From Octopus vulgaris (taxonomy: Eukaryota): DNA of 64,000 nt. Position 1 is the stretch's first letter. Each line of letters begins with the position of its first letter. The notes under the pieces are model-generated. The model did no database searches, was not told the origin of the DNA, and saw nothing but the letters and a program-made list of their open reading frames with translations. The position numbers and the translations under genes were made by a program. Location: positions 9,052,001-9,116,000 of the forward strand of contig OX597826.1 in assembly GCA_951406725.2 (NCBI GenBank). Direction: 5' to 3'. Positions 1 through 13,793 of the stretch are shown piece by piece.

Positions 1-964
1 TTATGGTTTTTTACAAGCATTTGTTTGTTTGAACTTGAATTTTTAATGCAGCTTTGACTCATACTCATAACTGTTTCAGTTATGTTACTAAAAGCCCTAA
101 AATTGGTTTTAACAATTTTTTTTAATGTTTAGACAGCCGACAAAGGATAGCATTCCATCCATGACCTTTTTTTTACAGAACCTCTGCGGCTAGTGGGAGT
201 TGGAGACCTGTCAACAGAGCTTGATTTGGGGCATAATATAAACAAGCTCAAATTTAGTGCCAACAACATTTCATAGAGGAATCAAGATAATTAAATGATA
301 TACATATTTTGAATATTTTGTGAAAGCTTTTAATGTGAATTTTTAATAAGGTGCCTTCATGCATTGTAGAGCTTAAGGCTTCATCATCATCATCATCCAG
401 TTGTGCTTATTGCATGGACCACTGTGACTCCTTCTCTCCAGTCTGTCCAGTCCGCCAGTGGATATAGTAGGTTTTAAGAAGACCTTCAGGCCTTACTAAG
501 TCAAATTTTGACATTTCCTTGAAGGAATGCACTTAAGGACCAAGTGGTAACATAACCAGGTGATAGATCAAGTATACTACTCAAGAATAGGTACACTCCA
601 TTTGACAGTATGCCATATAGTTTCTATCTATCCAGTTTCACTCAGAAGGTTTGGGGAGTTGGCACGAGACTATAATGACAACAACTTTTTGAAATCACTC
701 AGGTTATTAATGATAAGCATAAATACATACATACATATTACACAACTGAATAAGTATTTTGCTTGGGACTATAGATGAAAACACTTACCCAAGGTGTTGC
801 ACTGTGTGAAATTGAACTCAAATTCATGGGGGTGATATTCTTAGCCATACAGCTATAGCTAATCAGTAGAAATTACAAATTGACTAAAGGGCTGATAGTT
901 TCTTGCATTGGCACCAATTTGTATTACCAGACCTATATATATATATATATATATATATATGTCT

Positions 965-1338
965 TTTAACTTTTACTTGTTTCAGTCATTTGACTGCAGC
1001 CATGGTGGGGCACTACCTTGAAGAGGTTTAGTTGAACAAATCAGCCCCGGGATTTTTTAAAGCCTGGTGCTTATTCTAACGGTCTCTTTTACTGAACCAC
1101 TATGTCACAGGGATGTAAACACACCAACATCAGTTGTCAAGCAGTTGTGGGGGACAAGCAAAGACACACACACATATAATGGGCTTCTTTCAGTTTCCAT
1201 CTACCAAATCCACTCACAAGGCTTTGGTTGGCCCAAGGCTATAGAAGAAGACACTTGCCCAAGGTGTCACACAGTGGGACTGAACCTGGAACCATGTTGT
1301 TGGGAAGCAAACTTCTTACCATACAGCCATGCCTGCAC
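965..1338 (-). mobile_element. tRNA-derived SINE, family A (CORE-like segment, central microsatellite)
   Basis: Reverse strand reads GGTGCAGGCATGGCTGTATGGTAAGAAG...GGTTCAGTCCC (A/B-box-like), then CACCTTGGGCAAGTGTC, and ends GACTGAAACAAGTAAAAG. More than 15 related copies occur in the window. Confidence 0.85.
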
Positions 1339-1365
1339 CATATAGTTTTTTCCTTTTTTCACTAC

Positions 1366-1414
<49 letters not shown>

Positions 1415-4316
1415 ATATATGAAAGTTTAACGACTGACATTTACTTGCCTGAAAATAAATGTTCATTGATTAATTTAGTGCTGTCCTATATAAACATTTA
1501 GATCAATCTCTACAATTAAAAAAAAATAATAGATTCACATTAAAGATATTTTTACTTTGGGAAAAACATTTACTTTTAATATATATATATCTTGTTTTGT
1601 ATATTAAGTGTAGTTAAAATTTAAGAAGTAAAATCAACATTGTTCTAGTTTTTTTTTCTTTTGCACTTTTATTTCCATTTTATATATACACATGATTGCA
1701 TTCATGCACACTGATATGCATACGTGCATATTTATACATTCATGCATACACACGAAAACATTTATATATCATATATTTTAAAGAAAAAACAATGTTTTCT
1801 TTCATTATTTTCAAAATTGAATTTTGCTTGATTTATCAACATCATGCCAAAAATGAACTAAAAATTGATATATATATTACATATATTTCAGATACTGTTA
1901 ACCTGTGTCCACTCTATCATATTTATCTGATATATTTTGATGATTTCAAGAAATTAGATCTGACCTTTCTCTAGAAATATAGTTAGTTCTAGTATGTAAA
2001 AAAAAAAACAACAACCCAAAACAAAACAAACAACTCTTAAATCAGACCACAAAAATATTTTATTTTTTACCTTCAATTCAAGAATTGTATAGCTAGACAG
2101 TTTTTATTATTATTGTTGCATTTCTTTTTATTTACGTAATAAAGCAAAAACAGAATTAAAATGGAAAATATATAAAAAAAGAATATTCTTGTAAAACTTT
2201 TGAAGAATTTTGAAGATCAATAGAAAGTTAGATCCGATTTCTGCTAGATGATGCAGAGTGTTTGTATTTGTGGAATAAACATAGATATATGTTGGTAGGA
2301 TCGAAATGTAATAAAATAGAATAGTTTTCCTTTTGTGGAATAATAGAACAGATATATGTTGAAATTAGACTAGTTTGTAGTAACATAAACAAGGATAATG
2401 AAGTATGTTTGGTAACTGATATCAGCTGCATAGAAAAAAAACTCCTTTGAAATTGGTGCACGAGGTATGGTAGAGACATGCAATATGCCTTCCTATTGGT
2501 ACAGAACTGCTGTTACACATCACACACACACACACATTGTAGATAACATTGAAAAGAAAGCCATTTGACTGATTGGCAAATATTCACTCACCAATACACT
2601 ATATAATCTCTGGTCCGCAGATGCCCTTCTCTCTCTCTCTCCTCACTCTTTGTAATCTATCACTACTGCAATGGTGTCCGTTCCTTTGAATTAGCTAATT
2701 GTATACCACTTCCAACCCGACCATACCAGTACACTTGTCTCTTCTGCTCTAATGGCCCCCACCTCCCCTGTTTCCTCTCTTGGGTTCTATAGTAACCACT
2801 TTGTTCAGTTCTCCCCTGTCCTTTCAGAATGTTAACCCTTCTGAAATTCCATCCCTACTCAGAAATACCCTATGGATATTGACTTAATGATGCCCAAGCT
2901 GGACATAAACTATATTGATTTCACCATTCTTGGTGGACTTGGGAAGGTTACAGTTACAACCCTTTAATTTTAATTGAATTATTAAAAAAAACAACAAAAC
3001 AAAACTTTACCATGTTTACCCCAGTTTTAGAATAGATAGACCATGTTACTGCATAGCAAAAGGGATGGCTAGAAGGGCTGGTTATAGGAAGTGCATCTAA
3101 GTGTATAACTATCTCAACAAACAAGTTCAACTCATGCCAGCATGGAAAAGCAGGCATAACAGAATGACATGAGACAGCAGTGAAGCTGACAATGACATGC
3201 TTTGGATATTTGTTGGGAGTTGTTTGCATAACATGGAAGGGGTACATTTTGTCAATTGGATAGCATAAACACCAGTAATATAATGGAATAAAATGATAAA
3301 TCAATAATAAATGCATCATCATCACCATCATCGTCATTTTAATGTCCACTTTTCCATGCTTGCATAGGTTAGGGTTTGATACAGATTTTATGTGGCCAGA
3401 TGCCCTTCTTGAACCAAATCTCACCTATTTCCAAGCAAGGTAGTATTTTCCTGTGACAAGATATGTTTTTGCAGAATATTGGAAATGAACAATCCCTCTT
3501 GTATAACAGCAACAATCATTTTAGAACTCTCACATGATGTGAAAACAAGGAGATATAAACATAGACTCACACACATGTATGTATGTATGGTAGGCTTCTT
3601 TCAGTTTCTGTCTATCAAATCCACTCAGAAGGCTGAGTTATTTAAGTTATAATCTTCAGCATTAATGTTTCTTATCTAGTCCAATACTGCTACACTTAAG
3701 ACATATAACTATCCTAGTCTCTGTTCAATAGCTGTAGATAACTACCATGGGGAGGCACAGCTGCTAGTTAGAGATAGTCAACCCGAAAGAAAACTTTACA
3801 TGGATCAAAATTTATCGTAGCTTGATTTATTACTAACCATTTCTACAATATCGTGGATGAGATGGCTGATATCTTGGATTGGTCATTTAGAAATCAAAAC
3901 AAGTCTGTGTTGAGCTGCAACAAGAGTTCTTTATCTTGGTGAGCAATTTGGTCAGGATTTTTCATTCAGTAGAGTTGTGAGCTTGAAATTAACAATGATG
4001 TCCTACTTGTTTGTGTCAGTCTTCAGCTGTACCGTGCCGTCAGTTCCGTCAGTTCCTTGATTAATACAACGAGGAATACACTTGGTCTGCTGCTAGTTAT
4101 GTGAGACATACTTTCAGCAAAATCTCTCTCGAATATTCTCATTAATTTGTTGGAGTGAGATGGAAACTATAAGCTGTAAGTATTGTTATCAACAATCAAA
4201 TCAAACACGGTACTCATGGTGATGATGCTTAGTTGATTAATTTAACCAGTACTGGCTGTGGATTTCAGAACAAATATTATAGCATAAATATGATATACTG
4301 TGTTCTTACACACTGT

Positions 4317-4643
4317 ATATGTTTGTGTGTATGAGTATATATCTGTGTGTATATGTACATTTGTATGTGTATATGTGTGTGTGCATCTATTATATATCTA
4401 TGTATAAAATATATATATATGCATTTCTTTGTGTATATATGTGTATGTGCATCTCTCTATATATGCATGTATGCATTTCTCTGTGTATATATATATATAT
4501 ATGTGTGTGTGTATGTGCATCTATCTATCTATATATATATATATATATATGCATGTGTGCATTTCTTAGTATGCATCTATCTGTATGCACATGTGTGCTT
4601 GAATGTACATATATATAAATGCATGTGTGCATTTGTGTGTGTT

Positions 4644-4686
<43 letters not shown>

Positions 4687-4710
4687 ATATACATACACAC
4701 ACACACATTC
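4317..4710. repeat. compound (TA)n/(TG)n microsatellite tract
   Basis: Directly visible; explains ORFs 4319-4715. Confidence 0.95.
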
Positions 4711-4824
4711 CATGATATTTCACTATTTTATTTTATATAAGTGTGATAATGTTAAACATCAAAAGTCTTAATTTCTGCTTGACCTTTCAGTAATGAATGG
4801 CATCCTTAACAAAGTACGTATATT

Positions 4825-5140
4825 TATATGGTCACCTAACCTGCTTAAAATAGCAGTTAGTTAGATCTCCCTCAAATCTATTCCTTCTATCTGGAAAAAA
4901 TAAAATAGAATAAAATAAAAGCTCCATTGGATAATATAATTCTTATATAAAAAATACAGGATGGTCATGGTTGGAATAACTGTGGTCTAGTCATTACTGC
5001 TACACTTAGTATCTCTGTCTTAAACATGAAGTTGTCTTTGAGTCTGTTCAATAGCTGTAGATAGGTACCATGAGAAGGTACAGCTGCTAGTTAATGTTAG
5101 TCAACCTTGCTTGATCAGGTTGACCTGTGGTTAAACAATA
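4825..5140 (+). mobile_element. dispersed SINE-like repeat, family D (GGTCAC..CCTGCTAGAAATAGCAGCC...GGATGGTCATGG...CTAAACAACAA)
   Basis: Related copies at ~8530-8700, ~25940-26130 (-), ~41395-41600 and ~41630-41825. Several end in AAC/AAT-rich tails. Boundaries approximate. Confidence 0.55.
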
Positions 5141-5967
5141 AGCAATTACCTCTGTTGCCATGTAAGGAGGGACGAGATGGAAGTTGTGGTATTCATACTT
5201 TTCCAAAGGCATTAATGATGTAAAAGAAGCGAGGTGGTTTCACATAGAAACAGATAATATAGTGGAGACCAGGCACTGAGAGCAGTATTTGTTACCATGT
5301 AGCCATTGTCTTGCTCCACCATGTATGTCATATGTTACTGACATTAACAATAAAACCATACTAGATAATGCCATAGCATTTTGTACTATGCTGAATTATC
5401 ATATTATTGAATAAATAAACCATCATGGCTCTCATGTCATCATCACCATTGTCATGTGATCATTGCCATCATCACCACCACCACTACCATCATCACTGTC
5501 ATCATCATCCCCAGCATATAATTATCAATTGTCTGTCATCATTATTACTATCATCATCATCACAGCTATCATCACTATTATCACCATCTTTATCACCACC
5601 ACCAACAACAACAACATAACAATATGATGATCATCTTGCCATTATCATTATTGCACCACCACCACCACCACCACCACCATCAGTATTACCACCTCCATCA
5701 TCACCATTGTATCTCTAACACTATAATAATAGTCATCATCACCATTTCCCTTCTTACAATCACCAGGAACAGGATTATTCATGTCAATACTTAGTGCATC
5801 CCTCCATATTCTGAGAGATAATATCCCTACTTAAACATGGATGTTCTGTTGGAACAAACTATACTGCAGTAAATATCATGAGAGAAACTCTCCTATTGGC
5901 ATTTTGGTGCAAAAGGCATGCTTGTTTACATTACTAGGAGGGGGATAAATCACCTCCGTCACTGAGA

Positions 5968-6014
5968 CTACTAGATCACGTGATTTTGACCTTCCTTGGT
6001 CCCGTCAATGATGG
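5968..6014 (-). ncRNA. degenerate type I hammerhead ribozyme motif
   Basis: Minus strand: CCATCA TTGACGG GACC AAGGAA GGTC AAAA TCACGTGA TC TAGTAG. Stem II and the palindromic stem III are intact; both core boxes are mutated. Confidence 0.45.
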
Positions 6015-6679
6015 ATGCTCGACTGCTAGAGATAGCAGTAACTTATCCCTCTGCCAGTGGTATATAGAATAACTGGCCTGTCTAAAATATGCCGAGAGCA
6101 ACTAAACCATTCTGCATGTACTTGTTCAGTGGTTAAGCTGTTCTTGACTTAATGGAATTATGTGAAACTGTTTTGTAAGATAGATCTGGTTATCATCTGA
6201 GTCTGTCATGAGAATCACCCTGCTGCTGCCTTCTGGTTAAGGGGAGCAGGCAACTTTCAACTGTCTTCTTAGTGTAGCGATTGACATTGCATGTGAACAA
6301 CTTTGAAAGCATTGAGGACAGACATTTTTCTCTTTATCCAAGTCCACATCAACTTCAGGTTCCATTTGGAGAAGAAAGTGAAAAGAGATGATGGTGTTGC
6401 CCTACAGCGAATATCCTGAAAGATAAAGAGTGATAAGAATGGCTACCATGAACAATCCTTCTCTCAGCATACATCTGTAGGCCACACGATGCAGCTAAGA
6501 AAAGCACTTGCCTTCAGTAGTCAGATTAATCATAGATCTATGGGGTTTCTTGATAAGCTGGAGATGGCTGTGCCCCTGTTGGCATGTTTCATGTAATTCC
6601 TTTTGTATTCCACTGTTTTCCATTCCTCTTTTCTCATCATTGATTCTGTGAAAAGCTCTGCTGCTACTACTACTACTAC

Positions 6680-7173
6680 TATTATTATTAATATTATTAT
6701 TATTATTATCATTGAGTGAGAGAGCAGTTCATGCCATCAAAGTGACACTGGGGTAAAATATACGAAGCCCAATATACCCATCATGACAACCCATCTGATA
6801 AGGGTACACCAGGCACATCCATCACAACCATATGTAAGTGACATGGTGATCTCATATCAAGACAAACAGCACATGACCTTGCAGGTGGGGCCCAGTTAGA
6901 ATTTTCTTCAGGTTGAGTAGCTCATCCTGCTCAAAAGGTCCCTGAATAAGGGTTGCCCAAGGATGTTGAAAGAACCATCCATATTTCCAGAGGTGAACTA
7001 TTCAAACCCCAAAGAATCCCTCTCAACACATGGCTATGATGCTCCCCCACTACTTCTGCTCGTGATCAGATATTCACATATCATCAGCCACTAAGGGGAC
7101 ATGCTCAACTGGTTAAGGTCAAACAACTGACAAGCAATTCTGTGGTATTGAGCAGAATATTTGCTGTAGCCCA
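6680..7173 (-). mobile_element. 5'-truncated non-LTR retrotransposon 3' end (R4/Dong-like) inserted in an (AAT)n tract
   Basis: Flanked on both sides by (TTA)n. The minus strand begins with ..ATANILLNT.., resembling the G-T-A-x-I-L C-terminus of R4/Dong RLE ORFs, followed by a 3' UTR ending in (AAT)n. Confidence 0.5.
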
Positions 7174-9254
7174 TATTATTATTAAATGATCACCATTGTT
7201 ATATTTGTTTAGGGTTTTTTCTTTTTCTAACTTCACATTTCACCAATGTCAACTTCACCTCTCATCCTTTCAGAGTTGATAAACTAAGGTACCAATCTAA
7301 TACTGGAGATGAGTTAATTAACTAAACCCTCTTCCAGAATGTACTACTTTGTAACAATGTTGGACATCTTTATTTATATTATTGCAAGAGCTGCAGACAG
7401 TAGAAATGATTGAACACTGGACAAAGGCCTTTCAGTGTTTAGCAATATCTATTGTGGAATTTTGAGATTGTTGGCTATCATGTAAAGAGTGTCTAGATTC
7501 TTAAAGAATTTTCAGAAAAGTGACATTTTCATTCTGTTGGAAAGGCAATATAAATATTTATGTCATGACTAATTTGATATAGGGAGAAAAGTTTCCAGCT
7601 TCATGTCTGCAACGTTGATTACAAAAATAAGTGATGCCTAAATAATTATAGATATACTTTGCATTCAAAGGTAATCGCATAAAACATTTTGCACACACTT
7701 ACACAAACACACACACATACACACACACACACATACTTTCACAAGTATACACAATTTATATATGTAGATGCACATATATGGATGCATGATCGCAAACACA
7801 CACATGCACACACATTCACAAACATATTCATAGTCATATACGCATATATATCCATACATTTACGTAGACATGCTCATGAACACACATAACCACATATGTA
7901 CACTTGCATACATAAACTCTTGATTGCATGCTCATTCACTCACATTTGCATATGGACACACACACACACACACACATGCACATACATATACTCATAAATA
8001 CTTGCACTCACTCACACACAGACAAATATGCACATGCTCTCTTTGTTCATGAGGTCCTTTAATTCTCACTTTCTCAAGTACAATTAAACATTGGACCATA
8101 AGTGCTAACTCAATGGTTTCTCAAGTGCAGGATATTAATTCAGTGTACACAGGACTGAAATATATATGTATTTCAATGATTGTTTCCTCTAGCAAAATCC
8201 ATTGTCATGATGCCAACAGTTTCACCATAACTAACTCTAGCGTTGGTTTACATAACTCATGAGTGGGAGGTTTGTTTTTAATTTGGTATTGGCATTCTGC
8301 TAGATGGGTTTCTTGCCAACATCAAATGAGTCCTACTTAACTACCTGTATACCTGGAAATTGTAGGTTTTACAGTCTGTATCTGGAAGATATTTGACAGA
8401 AAACAGATTATCTGCCTCCCTTTGTGTGTATATACACACACACACACACACACATCATGTGTGCATGCATGGAAGTGCACACATGCACATATATAGACAT
8501 ACACATAATAAAGTTGATAGAAGTTATCACTAGGTGGTTGATCAACCTGCTAGAAGCAACAGCCAAATTACTATTAAATTGCAATCTAATCTACTATCTT
8601 TACAAAAAAGAAAAAGAAAAGATATATTAGATAAAGTAGCTCTAAACACAAAATATCTGAAAATACAATGAGGTGGGCATAGCTGGAGTGTCTATGATAA
8701 TTACAGGCAACATGAAACCAGTGAGATTTATGTACTTAATGTTACTTTTGAAAAGTTGTAAGTCAGCGGCTGTGAATAGAACATGGATAGGGAAGGAATT
8801 AGATTTTTGCATGGAAACGCTTGCCAGACATATTTTCTTCTCATCTCTCTTGCTTGCAAAACAACCACGCACACACACACACATATGCTCACATACATAC
8901 ACACACACACATGGATCTTCAAATGTCTAGCATTCCACTGCACATGTACCCTTAATATAAATCTTAGGCAGAATCAGCATGATAGAATGTGTGTGACAAG
9001 GTTGTAACTTTTTAATTACAAGTACACTTCACTCTGTAGGCTTTTAAACAGTTTCCATCATCCTGATTTCACTCTCAATGTATGGGTCAGCCTGTGGCTA
9101 TAGAAAATGACATTTTCCCAAGATGCCATTCAGGGACATTGAACCCAGGTCCTTGTCGTAATGAAGCAAACATTTTAGATATTTAGTCATATTGTGCTTA
9201 CTATATATCTATATGCATAAAACAGAGTTTGTGTGTCTGTGTGTGGTGCATATG

Positions 9255-10320
9255 TTCGTTAAGGATTCGAAAACTGAGTTGCCAGTTTTGACATATCGGG
9301 TATCAAAAGATTCAGTAATCTTTTGGCTACCAAATGAAGTATGTTTTTTGCACAACTCCTCTTTTTTACTACAAAAATAACCTCAAAAACAAGGTCAGGT
9401 CGCACAATTTTGAGGTCATTTGGGGGCAATATTTGGATTTGCTTCAAATCTATGTTCCCAATTCTAATGTTTTTGGTGTCAGAAAATGCAGTAATGTACA
9501 AAGAGTGTTATAAGTGCATTTGTGATACACAAAACTGTATTTGTCAAGAGAAAATGACTAAAAAACATGCATTTTTGGAAAAATTATTGACATATTTTCC
9601 ATCAATAATTGCTTTGTGCTACAACTAAACTGCCAATGTGAATGTCTTCTGTATTCCACGATTAAACAATGTCTTTGAAGTATTGTGATACCATTTCTTT
9701 GCACAAATCCTTATTTTTCAACAGAAAATTGACTAATGAACCATGTTTCTGGCATAATTGTGATCGCTTCTGGCATTACTACTGCAAACAATTTTTTCAT
9801 GTAGGTTTTCTTGGTAGCAAATGACTCAGGAATGCCAAACAAGTGTTCTCAGGTTTAAATTCAATAAAATTTCCCTAAGGATGAAGCAGAATAAGAGCCA
9901 ATATTCATTGAAGTGTGGTAAAAACATGAAGCAATGACTAAAACCTTTCAAGCTTTTTTTGCATTTAACATTTTTCTCTTTATTCAACCCAATTTATGCA
10001 AAGTTTACTACAGTCTCCCTAGTTTTCACAGTGGTTGAGCATCTACTATAAATGCAGGTGGTGTGATGGAAAACAAATGTCTGACCTGATAACCTCAGTG
10101 AAGACAACAACAACGCTGTGCATCTAGGTGAGGGCAAATTAAGGTAACATAAACATGAGTCTGCCTACAGTGCGTGTCTCTTCATTGCTTGGGATGCACA
10201 GTGGTTTTCCTTATCAAAGACATGTGCTGCAATACTAGTTGGTTGTGGTGTTATTGTTATCAATGACCCAGGCAATGCTGGAGTGCATTGTATGTGGTGC
10301 ATATGTTCTGCTTGAACTTG
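9255..10320. mobile_element. probable decayed DNA-transposon fragment, family unresolved
   Basis: Non-simple sequence bounded by microsatellites, with stop-riddled coding-like composition. No intact motif recognised. Confidence 0.25.
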
Positions 10321-10326
10321 AAAATT

Positions 10327-10419
<93 letters not shown>

Positions 10420-10421
10420 TA

Positions 10422-10583
10422 GACGCAGGAGTGGCTTTGTGGCAAGTAGCTTGCTTACCAACCACATGGTTCTGGGTTCAGTCCCGCTGTGTGGCACCTT
10501 GGACGAGTATCTTCTACTATGGCCTCAGGCCAACCAAAGCCTTGTGACTGGATTTGGTAGATGGAAACTGAAAGAAGTCTGTC

Positions 10584-10614
<31 letters not shown>

Positions 10615-10812
10615 TGTGTGTCTGTTTGACCCCCCATTATCACTTGACAATCTATGTTGGTGTGTTTACATCCTTGTAACTTAGCAGTTTCGCAAAAGAG
10701 ACTGATAGAATAAGTAGTAGGCTCACAAAAGAATAAGTCCTATGGTTGATTTCTTTGACTAAAGGTGATGGTCCAGTGTGGCTGCAGTCGAATGACTGAA
10801 ACCAGTAAAAGA
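10422..10812 (+). mobile_element. tRNA-derived SINE family A, full length
   Basis: GACGCAGGAGTGGCTTTGTGG...GGTTCAGTCCC head, central (TA)n, tail GACTGAAACCAGTAAAAGA. Confidence 0.9.
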
Positions 10813-10884
10813 ATACACACACACAATGTGGCTGTAGGTCATAACACCTGGGTAATGCTGGGGTGCTTTGCTAGTATATATATG

Positions 10885-12146
10885 TTGGGTCATCCCACAA
10901 ATAATGCAGATTTTTTTATACAATTTTTTTATAAAATTAAGATAAACAAAGTTCTTTTTTAATCTCAAATATACTCTCCTTCATTTTCTACAATGCTCTT
11001 CCATCTATCTGGCAGACTTGCAAGGCCTGTTTCAAAATTCACATATATGTGATGAAAAATACTCCTCCAGTACTGTTCTGACTTCATCTCCAAAATTTAT
11101 ATTTTTTCCGACTAAATGATTTTGAAGACTGCAGAATAAATGATAATTAGATAGAGCAATGTCTGGCGAATATGGTGGGTGGGACATCGTTTCCCATTTA
11201 AACTGCTGCAGCTTTGGAATGTCATCCTTGCTGTGTGTGGTCAAGCATTATTCTGTTGGAAGAACACCTTTCGTCTTCAAACCAAAGATAATCGTGTTTC
11301 TTCTAGCGCTGACTTAAGCCGCTCAAGCTGCTCACAGTTGATCTCCCTTGTTATCATTTGGTTTGGGTTTAAAAATTCAAAGTGGACTAAACCCTTCATA
11401 TCCTACCAAACAGATAACATCTTATGTGGGTGAAGACCTTCTTTAGCCTGGGGTGCCAGAGTTTCTCCTTTCCCTACCCACTGTCTTTGGTGCTTGACAT
11501 TTTTATAGAGAACCCATTTCTCATTACCAGTCACTATTTGGTCCAAAAGAAAAAAGTTCATTCCTGAGACATGACAGCAAAGAAGAGCGCACATTCACTC
11601 TCTGCGTGCGATTACATTTTGAAAGTTTGTGAGGAACTCATTGACCCAATTTGCTGACTTTTCTGATGGCATGCAAGTGCCATTGAATGACCAAATCCAA
11701 TCTTCTCTGCTAGTTCAACAGCTATGATGGGATTTTGTTCTACTAGGGTTTGCAGGATGTCCTTGTCAAGCTCTACAGCCCTTCTAGGACAAGGCTTGTC
11801 TTCTGGGCTGCAGCCTGGAATTTCTGGAACCACTGTTAACACTGGTTTATGCTTATTGTCCGATCCCCATATACTGCATTAATATTTCTCACTTTCCATT
11901 GTGTTGTTACCTTTATTGAACTCATAAAGCAAAATATACCGAATACGCTCCTTTGTCCCTTCCATTATAGCTTTGAAAAAATAACTGTTAAAATCGAACT
12001 GCACTCTTCAAAACTTGCACTAAGATTAAGCACAAGGTAAAATTATTACATGGTTTTGTAGCAAGTTGATGCAGGTAGTTTATCCTGTTCCACTCTGACT
12101 TTTAGTTCATGCAATTGAAAAAAAACTGTATTATTTATGGGCTGAC

Positions 12147-12150
<4 letters not shown>
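10885..12150 (-). mobile_element. full-length mariner (DD34D-type) transposon, inactive
   Basis: Imperfect ~30-bp TIRs: TTGGGTCATCCCACAAATAATGCAG at the left, and the reverse complement of CTGTATTATTTATGGGCTGACCTAA at the right. TA-rich flanks; 1,266 bp long. Confidence 0.92.
10960..11990 (-). pseudogene. mariner transposase pseudogene (frameshifts and stops)
   Basis: Fragments IVTGNEKWVLY (consensus VTGDEKW) and HPPYSPDIALSNYHLF (consensus YSPDLAPSDYHLF), plus HTH-region LVEQNP..ELA, split across ORFs 11032-11842. Confidence 0.9.
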
Positions 12151-12184
<34 letters not shown>

Positions 12185-12946
12185 TATATCATATAATGAA
12201 TGTGAAAACTAATTTCTGTGTCAGTGTGCCACACTTGGACTTCCCTATTCAATGACACTCCTACTATTCCTTGTGATAGGGTGAGAGTAATAGTAGGCAT
12301 AGAGACAGAGAGGGAGAGAAAGAGAGACAAAGAAATTTAGGGAGAGTTGATGTTTTATTAAAAGTAGTGGTGTTGGTGGTGGTAGTGGGAGTAATAATAA
12401 AAAGAGAGAAAGAGGGAAATGATGTACAACTTTGTTTAACCATGTCTCTTTGACAAATTCCTGTCGCCGACATACTGAACACCATCATTTTTGTTTTATT
12501 TTTTGCTTTCTTTAATACATATATATGTATATACACACACATATAAAATACAGTTTAACTGAAATAAAGTTTCACCCAAATTAATCATATCTAATATGAT
12601 AAGCGTGAATGTTTGTGTTACACTTTTTCAACTTTAATAAATCCTTTCTGCTGGAAGCACAAGGCCTCAAATTTTGGGGGAAGGGATTAAGTCAATAACA
12701 TCGACCCCAGTATGGAACTGGTACTAATTTTATTGACTCAAAAAGGATGAAAGGCAAAGTTGACCTTGACGGAATTTGAACTCAAAACTTAATGTCAGAC
12801 AAAATACCGATAAGCATTTTGCCCGGCCTGCTAATGATTTTTGCCAGCTCGCCGCTTTAATATAATAAAATAAATGTAAATGTTAGTGTGTCAGTGTGTC
12901 ACACTTTTTCAACTTTACTCCTAGAGGTGATAGCCCAACATATACC

Positions 12947-13177
12947 TATTTCTTTATTACCCACAAGGGGCTAAACATAGAGGGGACAAACATGGACAGA
13001 CATAGGTATTAATTCAATTACATCGACCCCAGTGCATAACTAGTACTTAATTTATCAACCCCGAAAGGATGAAAGGCAAAGCTGACCTCGGCGGAATTTG
13101 AACTCACAACGTCACGGCAGCCGAAATACTGCTAAACATTTCGCCCGACGTGCTAACGATTCTGCCAGCTCGCTGCC
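12947..13177 (-). mobile_element. tRNA-derived SINE family B (GGCGGCGAGCTGGCAG head; CCTTTCATCCTTTCGGGGTCGATAAA central domain)
   Basis: TSD CAACATATACC at 12936-12946 and 13178-13188. Another copy lies at ~12640-12857. Confidence 0.9.
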
Positions 13178-13199
13178 CAACATATACCATTTTAGAACG

Positions 13200-13615
13200 A
13201 AACTGACTCTGTGAGTAAATTAAAAACATTCCAGGCCGAATCCGAACCTACAATCTTGAAACTTTGGATTCCCATTTTTTCATTACAGCGATTGTTTTTG
13301 ACGATTTTTTTTTTTTTTTAGGTGACTTTTTGCAACAAATTTATTATCTAAAGGCTAACTCTGTGAGTAAATTAAAAACATTCTGGGCCGAATCCGAACC
13401 CACAATCTTGAAATTTTGGATTCCCAAGTTTTCATTACAGCGATTATTTTTTCTTTTTTTTTTTTAGGTGACTTTTTGCAACAAATTTATAATCTAAAGG
13501 CTAACTCTGTGAGTAAATTAAAAACATTCTGGGCCGAATCCGAACCTGGAATCCTGAAATTTTGGATTCCTACATTTTCATTACTGCAATTGTTTTCAGT
13601 GATTTTTGTGACAAA
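13200..13615 (+). repeat. ~150-bp tandem triplication inside the Helitron
   Basis: TCTGTGAGTAAATTAAAAACATTC..GCCGAATCCGAACC recurs at ~13209, ~13360 and ~13506. Confidence 0.9.
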
Positions 13616-13757
13616 TATGATCATCATTGGGATATGACTCTGGAGGAAGCAATTGCAACAAATTCTCCAAAACAAGTCAGGGATCTGTTTGCAGATCTTC
13701 CCATTCAGGGTCAGTTGCTTAAAAGTTATATAGGGTGGCTTTTAAGCTAGTGATATA

Positions 13758-13793
<36 letters not shown>

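Larger units (their letters stand above)
12590..13750 (+). mobile_element. non-autonomous Helitron remnant with nested SINEs
   Basis: Starts with TC after an A. Ends with hairpin GCTTAAAAG..CTTTTAAGC and CTAG before a T. Internal peptide DHHWDMTLEEAIATNSPKQVRDLFA resembles the Helitron Rep-helicase linker. The 5' boundary is less certain. Confidence 0.7.

Noticed and set aside
179-276. TTTTTTTTACAG followed by a 32-codon open frame ending in TAG (possible terminal exon)
   Set aside because: The acceptor and part of the frame match family D repeat sequence (CATTCCA.CCATGACC; CAGAGCTTGATTTGGGGC). The peptide is unrecognisable.
4319-4715. Long ORFs rich in C/V/Y/I or H/T (also 32603-33076, 42087-42516, 45679-46133)
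   Set aside because: These are translations of dinucleotide microsatellites.
5425-5720. Poly-His/Ser/Pro ORF
   Set aside because: Degenerate (CAT/CAC)n trinucleotide repeat with no splice or homology support.
13200-13615. Regularly spaced repeats superficially like a CRISPR array (also 26090-27970 and 52572-52808)
   Set aside because: The intervening sequences are themselves repeated, there are no cas genes, and the context is eukaryotic.
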